Shown: piece by piece, positions 36,481 to 48,000 of the stretch
Layout of the letters: every line of letters starts with the position of its first letter
How positions within the stretch are numbered: the stretch's first letter is position 1
Assembly (NCBI GenBank): GCA_001599295.1
Contig: BCGN01000006.1
Span: 1,178,001 to 1,242,000 of the forward strand
Length of the DNA: 64,000 bases
Source: Sporopachydermia quercuum
Taxonomy: Eukaryota
Direction of reading: 5' to 3'
Notes under the pieces: model-generated
Seen by the model: only the letters and a program-made list of their open reading frames with translations
The model's database searches: none
Told to the model about the DNA's origin: nothing
Made by a program: the position numbers and the translations under genes

Positions 36481-38127
36481 TGTGTTTCGAATAAGATTTA
36501 TATGATCTTTCTATGATTTCTTTTTTCTTTTATAACTTGAATTCCTTGCCCTCAATAATTCTTTTTGTAAACCAATAAATGTTTTTCCAACAAGTGACTT
36601 TTGATCAGAGAAACGATAATCAATCACCAAAAATTCAGTACTTTGACTTCGAGATTCGCTGGTTTGTACTCGCTGCTTCTTGCAAATACTCTTTTGTTAT
36701 ATTGTAGTAATAACAAATATCAATTCTTTTATAATCTTCTTCTATATCCCTATCCAACGAAAGCAATTNTCTGTTGTATGTTGAATGAAATACCTGATTC
36801 GCGTCCTTTATGTCGATATATTCCACAGCCTCTATGGATCATCTAAAGGCGGTTTTATCTTTCCTCTTTCACTTATTTCCTAACACTAATTGCTCAAAAC
36901 AAATTGAAATAAAGGGTTATCTCTAGTCAAATAAATCTCAAAATTTAAGTCTAAATGTAATTCTAGGTCTATTCTTTATGTCGGGTCATTTCCTGAANAT
37001 TCTTTATGGTCCTTCAGTCTATTCAGCTTCAATCAGCGAATGATGTGCCACTTGCAAACAGCTTACTGTTAAAAAGCGGTACAAACAGGAAAGTAGTCTT
37101 ACACAAACAGTTCACCACACAAACCTAACTCGCATACAGTTTTTGAAGCTGTACCTGAACAGGTACAGCTACCCTTTTAGGAAGAACTATTCAAAAGCGG
37201 GTAGCGACTTGGCTAGAATTTATGAGACAAAAATCAATCACCGAAGTCAAAATGAAAAGGTGTAAGGATTAGAGAAAGAGGCTGAGGAAAAGACATATAG
37301 GAAGATGACGAGAAAACGATGTTACAAGTATTCTAAAGTATTCTCTCAGGCTATTGCAGATTTAAATTCTACTGAATATTTCACCGTTGTTCAAACGAAC
37401 TGTACGATATTTCTCTATATCTTTCGTCAACTCTTCGGCATCAAGGTAACAGGATTTCTGTAATAAAAGAAAATTGTATCACGTGACTAAGAAAAATCTT
37501 GATCTTTCTTGATCTTCATCGAGCTTTCTATTCGCACCAGATTCATTATCCGTTACTAATATTATTATTGCAGTAAGAATAATTCTATTCATTCAGCAAC
37601 TTANTTATTCTATTTTACTATTTTCGCTTTCTGACTTCAAGCTTTTCTACAAAGCCGAGCATCTTTTGCCTTATTAATTGACAATGATCATCGTGGTTGA
37701 GATATCAACACGTAAACTTTAATATTTCGTAGTATATGCCAGGCAAAACAATTTGTATTTACAAAAAGAGATCAAAGAACAATTGAAAGAAGAAAGAAAT
37801 TATCTACAAATACACTACCTAACAAGATCATCAATTATTTGCTTCAAATAATTCTAGAATTCGAAAAGCCAATATTCGATATGCGAGGCAACCGGAACAA
37901 CTGAACGTACGTATCGCAGACAACCGCCCACATTCTATCCTTCATTGACAAGTACTTAGAATCAGTAGGAGCTACCAGCAGTAGTAGGAGTTGTTGGTCT
38001 CATCTACATAGCGCTTCACTGTTTACCTAATGAATATCAGATATGTGATTTTTCAAGCTGGCTTGATATTTCAAAAACAAAACTTGCAATAGACCGCGTG
38101 CCTGAAATACAGGCTGAATATCTAGTT

Positions 38128-39357
38128 ATGAACATGGCTAACCTGAACTCGCATTCACAACAAAGCAGTAACAACTTTGATCAGAATATGGGTCTGATAT
38201 CTGGTCACAACACACATAACCATAGTAATACAAATCANACACATTACAACCCAAGGGTTCGAAACTTCAGAAGCAGTTTGATCCAAGAAGAATCACACAT
38301 TGTATCAAATAGCGGTGAATTAAACAATGGTTCAGCAAAAATTAGTGGTATTACAATGAAGATGCACTCTTCTTCCATCAGAAAAGCAAAAGGGAGGACA
38401 GGCCAGAAAAAGAAGCAGGTAATCGACAGAGAACAACTTGATGCCAGGTCAGCAGTAAATACCATATGCACAAGTAGTATGAACAAACCACCTGTTGGTG
38501 ATACCNGTGTGACATATGAGAATCTGATAGAAGTAATGAATATGCATAATGAAGCCATAGACNGTCTGAAAGATAAAGTGAAATACATGGTGGAAGAAAA
38601 CAATGATTTACGGAACGAAATTACTAGATTACAGGCGATAACATCGAAACAAGAACATACGCTGTTTCGTATTCTGTCTACTCTNCAGCGGCAAAAAAAA
38701 CAAGCTGCCGATGAACTACATGCTTTGGCATCCTCAATGCTTTCATCTTCAACTTTGCAACAAGACCTTTGCTTGGTACACGAGAATGACCCTAAAGTAG
38801 CGGATTCTGATAATGCTGCAAACAACAAAAGAAACAGTGATGGCGGTAGTAATATACTCAATGGGAAGCTACGTGAACCTGACGGGACAACTACTATTTC
38901 TCATTCAGACCTTGAACCCGATTCAGGATCTTCTTCAGAATCTCCGCGAAGTACAGGCGAACGACAACAGGATCAAGANACTGCTGAATCCATATCTATG
39001 ACCTTTGACGGTGGCTTAACCCTGCCATCATCAGTTCGACCTTATTTCGAGTTCTCTGAAGTGAACAGTGTCGATGATTTGGTGAAAGAATGGTATGAAG
39101 GTATCAATGGGAACCCATCAATTCAATCATTGGAAGCTCAGTATGGCACCTCCTGGAGAGAAGGACCTAGGGCAAATCTTTCAAGGACATTTTATCGTAG
39201 AAAGCGGCTGATAAAAGCAGTAGAGAAATCAGCAACTCAACTAGGGTTATCCAAACAAGAGACCATAACTCAGTTAGAAGCTGCAAGAGTAGACTCTTCT
39301 GGTGCTAGACGATCTGTTTATTGGCTATGTGAGCATTTACCAGCACAGTTTCGCTAG
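38128..39357 (+). CDS. GCR1_C-domain transcription factor (Msn1/Hot1/Gcr1 family) with central coiled coil
   Basis: C-terminal SVDDLVKEWYEG...PSIQSLEAQYGTSWR...FYRRKRLIKAV. Start codon uncertain (38128 or 38134). Confidence 0.8.
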   Translation: MNMANLNSHSQQSSNNFDQNMGLISGHNTHNHSNTNXTHYNPRVRNFRSSLIQEESHIVSNSGELNNGSAKISGITMKMHSSSIRKAKGRTGQKKKQVIDREQLDARSAVNTICTSSMNKPPVGDTXVTYENLIEVMNMHNEAIDXLKDKVKYMVEENNDLRNEITRLQAITSKQEHTLFRILSTXQRQKKQAADELHALASSMLSSSTLQQDLCLVHENDPKVADSDNAANNKRNSDGGSNILNGKLREPDGTTTISHSDLEPDSGSSSESPRSTGERQQDQXTAESISMTFDGGLTLPSSVRPYFEFSEVNSVDDLVKEWYEGINGNPSIQSLEAQYGTSWREGPRANLSRTFYRRKRLIKAVEKSATQLGLSKQETITQLEAARVDSSGARRSVYWLCEHLPAQFR

Positions 39358-39766
39358 GTAACAAGTTCGTCTTCTGGTCTTCTGATAGGGAGAATGAAGT
39401 GAAAGATAGATATACGCATAATATACGAAAATGAGAGCAAAAGGCAGAATAAAGAGCAGAGAAATAAGCAAATATCTGGAAATAACGATATATTAGATGA
39501 TATACAATGTTGTAATAAGAGTTAACCTTGATGTCGGTGCAATATAGCGATAAAACATATCTGATCTAAATTACGGAATGTACATTGATAGAGTATATGA
39601 CAGTACATAAGGTAACCTATACATAAACATGAAGTATAATACAGCCTATTATCCTAAACCAATAAAAAAAAAAAAAAGAAAAAAAAAATTAAAAAGAGAG
39701 AAGGACCAATAAAAAAATAATTTGTAATCCACAACAAATGCAACCAATAACCAACCAGACAAACAC

Positions 39767-42355
39767 CTAAATATATTTAGAGACTTCTTCACCAATATCC
39801 CATTTCAAATCTTTACTCCATTCGTCCGCTCTATCTAAAACATGATCCAACAACTCATCATCATTATTAGGNCCAGTAGAAATATTATTCACTGAAGTAT
39901 CATCGAATTCTGCAAATTTCATAGGTGATATACCTAGTCCTTTTTCTAAGCTGTACTGGAAAGAATCTTTTGAGGGAATAAGATCCAAATCTTCTGATGG
40001 TGATTTATCGTTCTTATCAGTAAACTCATCGTTAAGGAAACTGCCATCCATATTGGAGTTATTTCTTGTGACGCTGGCAGTGGAGTTACCAGTAGATGCA
40101 ATATTGTCTGGCGATGCGTTAACTGAACCGTTGGCATCATAGTTTTTGCTAAATCCTTTGTCACTAATTTCTGTAGAGGTTTTCACAACAGGATTAGTTT
40201 CATTCTCCTCTCGAATTCCCATCTTTTCAGCTTTCTTCTTTTTATCTTTATTCTTACGTTTCTTAACACCAGCATTGATTTGCTGGGCATCAACAATAAC
40301 CACTTGAAAGCTTGACATCAGTGGTACATTACTTGCCTCTATATGAGGTGGTAAAGGAGTAGCAGCTTGAGTTGGTTGTGCAGTAGAGTTAGAGCCAGAA
40401 GAACTGGAAGCATCCACATTTTGACGACCATTGAAGCTTTTCCTTCTTTCGACAAAGACACCTAATGGAGGAGGTTCAATTTCCATTTCTATTCCGCGGG
40501 CTCTAGTAGCTGGCGTTGGTGTAGCATTTGTTGCTTTATATGCACTTCTTCTTATGGTTGATGGAGGTTTTGTTGCTGATGACATTATAACTGTCGTGGG
40601 AGATGAGTATTCCATGCGAGGGCTTCGACTTTCATGCGGAGATTCTCTTATGATTTTATTTTGATTGCTGGAGTTGTGCGATGGTAAAGGAGGTGTGCTT
40701 GGACGAGTAACTGTATGCTTAAGGTTAGCCGTAGATTTGGATTTATGGGGTTTTAAAACTTTCTGATTAGTTGAAGGTAATGAAGCATGACTAGCAACTT
40801 TTCGAACATTCTTCCTTAAAGATGGTGTACCAGTATTGGTGACTGAAGGCTGTTCAGGGCGTTGTTGATGCTGTTTACTTACTCTTGGAGATGACAAGGA
40901 AGCGTTATTCTTATTTGGTGAGCCAAAACTCGGAGACCCTAATATTTTCGATACTTGGGAATAGCTTTTTATAGGAGAGTTTTCACGTAAAAAATTGATT
41001 CCTTTGTTAATGACTTGTTCACCTTTCATAGTAACATCTCTTATTTTCTTAGCAACTCTTGAATATCCCTGAATACCTTCATTATGAACCAAGGCAATTT
41101 GATTTTGAGATTGAACTTGCGCTTGGTTCTGCTGCTTGGAATCAGATAGGGATTGTCTCAGTTTTGATTTTTTAACTGATGGCGATGCAACGAAAATTTG
41201 AGGTGAATCATTAGTAGGTTTAACATGAAAATGATTCTGAAACTTGTTTTCGAATTGAATTTGGTTGCCCAGAGAGATATGTGAAGTACCAGGGATCAAT
41301 TTTTTGGGTGTCCATATAGATTTTTGAGGAACTCTATTATCAATCATATTGGACGAATGATGTAGTTCCTGAGGTCTCAAATCAGGGAAGTTTCCTGACG
41401 TTTGATCTAAAACCGGTGTATCTTGAGGGGAAACATAAGCGGTTGAAGCTGATTGCGCATTTGATGAGTATAAGTAATCATTAGAATCAAAAGCAGAACG
41501 TTGCTGAGGAGAGTTCACATTCTGTAGGGAATCTTGGTACGGATGTCGCTCACTATGCAGTAAATCAATACTTGATACATTCAAAGGGGAATCTCCATGG
41601 ATAACTCTTGAACTATGTTTAGTAGGTCTTTTCGTGCTTGAAATGCGACCTCCTTCTTGAACTCCATGTTGATTTTCTGATAAGAACTCTCTGCCATATG
41701 AAGAACCCATTCTATAGAACTCAACATCATTTTCACCAAGCTGAGTGGAGGTTAGTGCATCGTCGCCATCATCACGATAATATTTTACTCCTACTCCGTT
41801 AGGGATAAGTGAANTATGTTGCATTCCATGTGGAGCATTACTATTAGAACCCGACACTCTATCCATGCCAAAATCTTCTCCAGGATAGGTTTCCAAGTCA
41901 TATATATGATCAGGATACTCATTAGGATCAGGAGTTGGAAGCAGTAGAGAATAATATGAAGTATCCATAGGAGGCATCCCAGTTTGGGATCCAGGATCAG
42001 TCATGTTCAGCGATAGTTCTAGATCCATGGTCATACTTGAGTCTGGTTGATTCATTGGATACAACCCACTTATAGAATAAAATTGATCTTGAGCCGTAAC
42101 GTAAGCGGAATTAGAACTGCCATTATTACTCATACTCGTTGATATGTTTACATTGGAATGCAGATCATTTACCCCACGACCTTTCACCGTATCAATGGTC
42201 TGTGTATTGATATACGTAGAATTTGCGTGATAATTAGGAGCATTCATAAACAAATTGTTGTTATGATCATTGTTTGGAGACATATTGGATACCAGATTTG
42301 AAGAAACAAACTGTTGTCTCTTAGGAGGGGAATCAAATGTTGCTTCAGATGGCAT
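39767..42355 (-). CDS. NDD1: Probable G2/M transcriptional coactivator Ndd1
   Basis: Disordered S/T-P-rich protein with ordered islands SSPTTVIMSSATK, PPLGVF and SSFQVVIVD, matching recalled Ndd1 motifs (SSPTTIQLNSS, PKMGSF, SKFQIIVA). Divergent to NUD1, as in S. cerevisiae. Confidence 0.72.
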   Translation of the reverse strand: MPSEATFDSPPKRQQFVSSNLVSNMSPNNDHNNNLFMNAPNYHANSTYINTQTIDTVKGRGVNDLHSNVNISTSMSNNGSSNSAYVTAQDQFYSISGLYPMNQPDSSMTMDLELSLNMTDPGSQTGMPPMDTSYYSLLLPTPDPNEYPDHIYDLETYPGEDFGMDRVSGSNSNAPHGMQHXSLIPNGVGVKYYRDDGDDALTSTQLGENDVEFYRMGSSYGREFLSENQHGVQEGGRISSTKRPTKHSSRVIHGDSPLNVSSIDLLHSERHPYQDSLQNVNSPQQRSAFDSNDYLYSSNAQSASTAYVSPQDTPVLDQTSGNFPDLRPQELHHSSNMIDNRVPQKSIWTPKKLIPGTSHISLGNQIQFENKFQNHFHVKPTNDSPQIFVASPSVKKSKLRQSLSDSKQQNQAQVQSQNQIALVHNEGIQGYSRVAKKIRDVTMKGEQVINKGINFLRENSPIKSYSQVSKILGSPSFGSPNKNNASLSSPRVSKQHQQRPEQPSVTNTGTPSLRKNVRKVASHASLPSTNQKVLKPHKSKSTANLKHTVTRPSTPPLPSHNSSNQNKIIRESPHESRSPRMEYSSPTTVIMSSATKPPSTIRRSAYKATNATPTPATRARGIEMEIEPPPLGVFVERRKSFNGRQNVDASSSSGSNSTAQPTQAATPLPPHIEASNVPLMSSFQVVIVDAQQINAGVKKRKNKDKKKKAEKMGIREENETNPVVKTSTEISDKGFSKNYDANGSVNASPDNIASTGNSTASVTRNNSNMDGSFLNDEFTDKNDKSPSEDLDLIPSKDSFQYSLEKGLGISPMKFAEFDDTSVNNISTXPNNDDELLDHVLDRADEWSKDLKWDIGEEVSKYI

Positions 42356-42558
42356 ATTGATATGACTTGTATATTGTGATATGATATGATATGATAGGCA
42401 AACTGAAATGATAGAATGATGACAACAAATGTTCAAACAGGTGCGCGGCGATAAAAGGAATAGAAAATCAGATGCTCTGTGGTATCTGCATGCAAGCCTT
42501 TCGGTAGATCAAGGTGTTGTGGTTCATTCAAATGCCCTTGTTGATCTTTATTTCTATA

Positions 42559-44224
42559 GTAAACAAGCGATGTATCAAATAGCAAGCATGATATCCACAC
42601 AATAAATCAACTGAAAACGAACGACAGTCAAAAGCGAACGAAAATCTTTTTGCACCAGGCAAAAATGGTATTGAAGGGCTTCTAATATAAAATAAAAGGT
42701 ACCTATTAAAGAGAGCAGATCAACTGTTTCTCTTTATATAGTTGATCTGAGGTTCTATGACAGTTTAAACAAACAAACAACACAACCAAAAAAATCAAAC
42801 AAAACTATGGAGCCAAAACACAGATATTTCAACCCATTAATAACTGAAGTCAGCTTAGTTGTAATCAAATGAACAGGTACTATTATGCCGTTCAATATAG
42901 CATCTATAGGTAAATTTAGTATAGATAGCAGCTAATGTATGCGGCAGGTTCTCTGAATGCTAATAGAAGAGAATGTTGAGGTCACAATGTAAACAACCAC
43001 AAACAAAAAAAACAACAGGAGAGATAATTTAAATGATTACATAATCTTAAATATAAGGAATTTTATCCCCACATTGAAGAAGGTTGAGAAGAACCTTAAA
43101 CAAAGTTGTCAGGCTTAGAGAAGNAACTGGATCCGATGCATTTGATTCAAGGTATTTGGTTCACGATATTGGGTCCCTTATGAGGGGGAGAAAAGTTGCA
43201 GATAAAATAATATAGCTTTTTGGCTTTTGATTTGCGATTATCTTCAAAATTCTTGGAAAAAAATAGACTGTTGAACTCAGCATAAGAACTATTATAAAAT
43301 CTGGAATAGTGCGACCTTGATATATTATGTTCAGCACCATACATAAACTATAAAGCTTATTCAACATTAATACTCCGGCTTCAGTAAATTGATTTTCTTC
43401 TATGAGTCATGTTACTTCCTTTCCAGTGAAGGTACCGTACATATCAAACGGTATTCCTACTTGTGGCTATGCTTTGTATAATAACATCATATCTACTTTG
43501 AAGCGTCGCTTACACCAAAAGCCGATCAGAAACTCGATGGCTTTTCTCTTGTTTTTCATGCGCGCCTAATCGAACTTAAAATTAGTGAAAATCATTAAGG
43601 TTTAGCATATTGATAAGAATTCTTTCATGATATTATCCAATTGCTAGTGATGGTATAGATGTAAGAACAAATGGTTCCTATGAAAAAAAGGATTAAAAAA
43701 TAGTGTAATGATATTTTTACTTGAAAATCGTTTCTCAAAATTCGATATATTCGAATAATCCTGGAGTATGTGTAATCAATAGCTTAGTGTTGATTGAAGA
43801 ACCGAAGAAAAAACGGCACAGCGGCTAATAATAACCATATCTGTCCTATATAAATCATTGGATTAGTTTCTTTCGTCGCTGTGAACCTGTGTTTCTCTAT
43901 AAAGTCATTGATCCAACTGACGCTCTGATCTCATTTCTTTTTTCATAGTAATTAGTATTCGCTTTTATCCGTCCCTCCTGTCAGAGATCATGCACTCCCT
44001 ACCTAACAATGAGGTAAGTGAGCAAAGGNTCCAAGACATAGTGAGACTTGATGTTTGGCACACTATTTGNACACCCTGTTTCCTGGGTTACGATCTTCTC
44101 AGATAAGATAAACAAACAAATAAACAAACAATCAAATTGTTTCAATTGAACCAAATAATCTCGTGTTTGTGGAAAGAATACAATTGTGTTTGCACTTTCA
44201 CCATGGTTTACAACAAATAAACAA
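42559..44224. promoter_or_regulatory. Divergent NDD1/NUD1 promoter with many forkhead sites
   Basis: GTAAACAA at 42559 and 42989; TAAACAA at 42766 and 43097; ATAAACAA at 44108, 44120 and 44217. Confidence 0.6.
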
Positions 44225-45031
44225 TCCATGACAATACTAACTACAAATAGTATTTGCAACAATTCTAATCGTATAGTAACCATTTATCAAATACTGTTTA
44301 TTTCCTTTTATGAGGTTTTTTCTTCCCTTTTCCTTTTACTTACCTCGTGCTCTANATAGAAGATCTAATAAGTTTTTTTCCTATATATTACCTCAAATTG
44401 AATCTGTTGTATATTATTTATGTAAAATAACAAATCTAGTATTATCAATTGTACTTTTAGCGACGTCAAATTATTGAGAAAAGCATCCCATTGAACGAAT
44501 TCTGACAGAAACTTGATTAAAGCCTGATTGTGATGAAGCGATCAATGAAAGGAGAGATAGAGTAGATTTTTATTAATAAGTAGGTATTGCAAAAAAAGAG
44601 GTTACTTCTCTGTATTTCTGTTTAATAGTAAAAGATGAAAATCATTTGTAAACTGACAATAGCCTAGATTTATTGAAACTATTATAAGAAATGAAGCTTG
44701 AGAGACCCCTAAATAAAGCGAAGTGATAAGATTGNAAGTATTTTAATATCCTATTTTTGTCAACTCTTAAACGACATCAGCGAGTTGAGGACATCAAGGA
44801 ACATACAAAGACCTTTACTCAATTCACTGTACTTTCATCTAATCCAAGCTTTCACCCATTGATTTCATGGTTGTATTTATGTTGCAGAACTGAGTCGTGT
44901 ATTATTAACAGTTAACTCATCAANTATCAACAATCACTCAATAACCGAAAGGTAATCCATTGTACAATCAGCTTATTGCTTGATACTTAAACCATTGATA
45001 TTTCTAGTTTAAAGCAGAACATTACATTACA

Positions 45032-48000
45032 ATGTCTTCTCAAACCATACCCAGAATATCCGCCCTTGAAGATATAACCGAAGTTGATGAATCTAGACTT
45101 TCAAGAAACAGCCCCATCAAGAAGACTGTCAACTTGTTAGCATCATCGAATAACAAATCCAATNATTCAGTTGATTCTCCTTCTAAAGACTTAGCAAATC
45201 AGCTCAAGGCGTTACATATAGACGATTCTACGACGCACGACATTGCCATAGACGTTGACATTGAGAACGACAGCTCTTCACATATCAAATCAATCACTAA
45301 AGACATTAATGATGATAACCAGAGCAACGTTGAATGGGAAGATGTNCATCAAAAACCAGCAATCCAACACATAGAATCCAATGTAAACCCCTTGGGAAAG
45401 AACGGNAAAACGTCATATCAGTCGAATCCACTTTTCCATGCCCCTTCTAANGAATCTATGAATTCCGATGCGGACGGCCAAAATGAGTTTCCACCGAATT
45501 CAATGGAATCAATTGCCATTGAAACCACTAAAAAGTCTGCAGGGGAAATAAATGACGGGCCACATACCATTAATGATCAAACCAGCGCCTTGAAAGCAAA
45601 TATTGATACCTTGGAAAATATCCTGAATTCTTTTCCTTTAGATGTTCAGCTCGATGCCAATAACTTAAGTGATACTAATACCAATACTCTGTCAAATCCC
45701 TCTATGAATTCTTTCCCTTCAATAACTTCACACACTTCGATCAGCACCAACAGTCAAGCTCACAGCATTAGTGGCACAGATAACTCAAACAGCGTGAAAA
45801 TCACTCCTCAAAATGATGTCCCTTCGGTAGGAACTGTTGTGCATAAGAACACCGGAGAAGTAGAACAGCCTGTTTGGAAGAAAGTCATTGATGCCGTTGG
45901 ACCAAGTGGAATATTTGACAATAAGCCTCCAACAGCCGAGGAAAACTTAGCTCAAATGTTTGCTAGTTTACCTAAAGACCAAAAACCAGAGGATTTCTAC
46001 AGCAACGGTCAAAGTTTGGCTTCTATAAACCAATCTGAGGACATCAATGATAATTCAAATAATAATTCAGTTCAGGTTGAATCAACTGATGATAATGATA
46101 ATGATCCGGATATTGGCAATGGCAATGATGATCATAACTACCATTCAACAACTACTTCATACAACGATGACGAATTTACTTCCAGCTCTTCTGAAGATGT
46201 GATCCGTACAGTCAGTCAATCTCCTCTGAAAGTTTTTGGTGGCAAATACAACTCTTATACTGAGAAGAAGTTCAATACGTTTCTGGATGACTCTCAAATT
46301 ATGAAGCAAAATCAGGCCCATTCTGACAATAGCTCATCATCATTTGTCTCAGAGCCTGAAGGACACAACGAGTCAAATCCTTTGAATGGAAACGTTGTTG
46401 CCGATGTTAACGCTAACAGTACTGGAGATATTGATGATAGCAATTTTACTGCTGATGATTACATGAAAAAGGCTAATGATATATTCAATGGTATAACTAA
46501 AAGACCACCCACGTTTCCAACCGGAAGTTTTGCCCCAGAAACAAATTACCAGTCAACAGATGATCAGCCCCAGACGTCTACTAGTGCGGATCTGTCAAGC
46601 TCGAGTGAGATAAATTCCAATACACACAGCAATATCAGTATTCATCAACAAAGGGGAAGGGATGATGATTTACACTCAGATGAAGGCAACTCAGNAAATT
46701 TGGAAGGAATGAAAGCACCACATACAGGTAGTCGTAGAAGCTACAGTTTTGATCATTCTACACTGAAAGAAAACAGATTAATGACCAGTGAAATGCCATC
46801 TGGAGCACGGAACATCCGAAACATCACCAATGTGTCCAACCAACCTTCGTTAAAACAACGAGCATTGTCACAATCGTATGCTTTGAATCTAGGGAAAGAG
46901 AACTCTATTACTCAGCACAATCTGCCTAACTCTAGCATAGATAGACCTACCGTGGAAAGACCAGTGATTGATCAGTCAAGACCTCTGCCAAAATCCCCAG
47001 TTGATAACGCGAAGCCTACATCAAATTTAGGACAAGAGTTCCGTCTTGACAGTCAATTGCAATCACCTTCAAAAACTCCAGGACGCAGAGGAATCTCCTT
47101 TATTAGACCTGATGATACACCAATCCCTCATCAAGTGGGTAATATGAAATTTGATAGCATCAAGAAATGCTGGGTTCCAGTTAAATATGACAGCATGTCT
47201 ACTTCGAGAGGAACCAACATATCCACTACTAAATCGAACCAGGGCAACGAATTCGATGATGCGTTGAGAGAATTGGATGCAATTGACGATTTAGGTACAG
47301 AATCCAACTCCAACTCTAACTCATTGAACGATACTGTTGAAGAACTGAAAAGTAGCGGGGAGTTTAATAACAACGATGATAGTGTTGTAGTTCACGCTAT
47401 TGTTGAACATGATAACAACCACCATCATGAGGATGACATAATTACTACTCCCGCCATGCAAACCAGACCAAGTATTCTACGTAACTCTGATAGCAATCCA
47501 AGAAGGTTTTTTAACAAGGATTACTTGAACCAATCAACAGAAAACAACTCTTCCTCCAAGCGAGAGGTCTCCTTTTCATTTGCTCATACAATGCACGAAC
47601 CAGATACGTTCGAAACCCCTATTGTTAGTTCAGCGGGATCTTCGACATCTTCTACAACTCGCTCTCCAAAACGTTCTGCAAAATCTACCTCTCGGAAGGA
47701 ATCATCACAGTCGATAGGCTCCTTTGATATAACCAATGTATCAAAAATTGATACGTCATTCTCAGTGACCCGGAAGCTGTTGGTAGAAGCACTGATCAAC
47801 ATGAACCCAGAAACCGACGAATTATCAAAGGGTAAAACAGTAGATGAAACATTCGCTGAAACCGACTGGGACCAGATGAAAGGCATTGATCTTTCTGATA
47901 AAAACCTAGAATCCGTCAAAGATTTAGATCAGTTTATACCAAACCTTGTGAAAATCAACCTTTCCCACAACCAATTGATGTTCCTCGAAGGGTTGCCAGC

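Noticed and set aside
38128..39357. Crypton transposon suggested by the GCR1_C domain
   Set aside because: No tyrosine-recombinase domain or element boundaries; it fits a host transcription factor.
39664..39688. Poly(A) tract as a retro-insertion scar
   Set aside because: No target-site duplication or adjacent element; it is an ordinary T-rich 3' region of the minus-strand gene.
44337..44400. U1 snRNA-like 5' end (TACTTACCT followed by GATC..AAG)
   Set aside because: The U1-70K loop is imperfect and I see no convincing stems or U1A loop; chance or an antisense donor motif is more likely. An Infernal U1 search would settle it.
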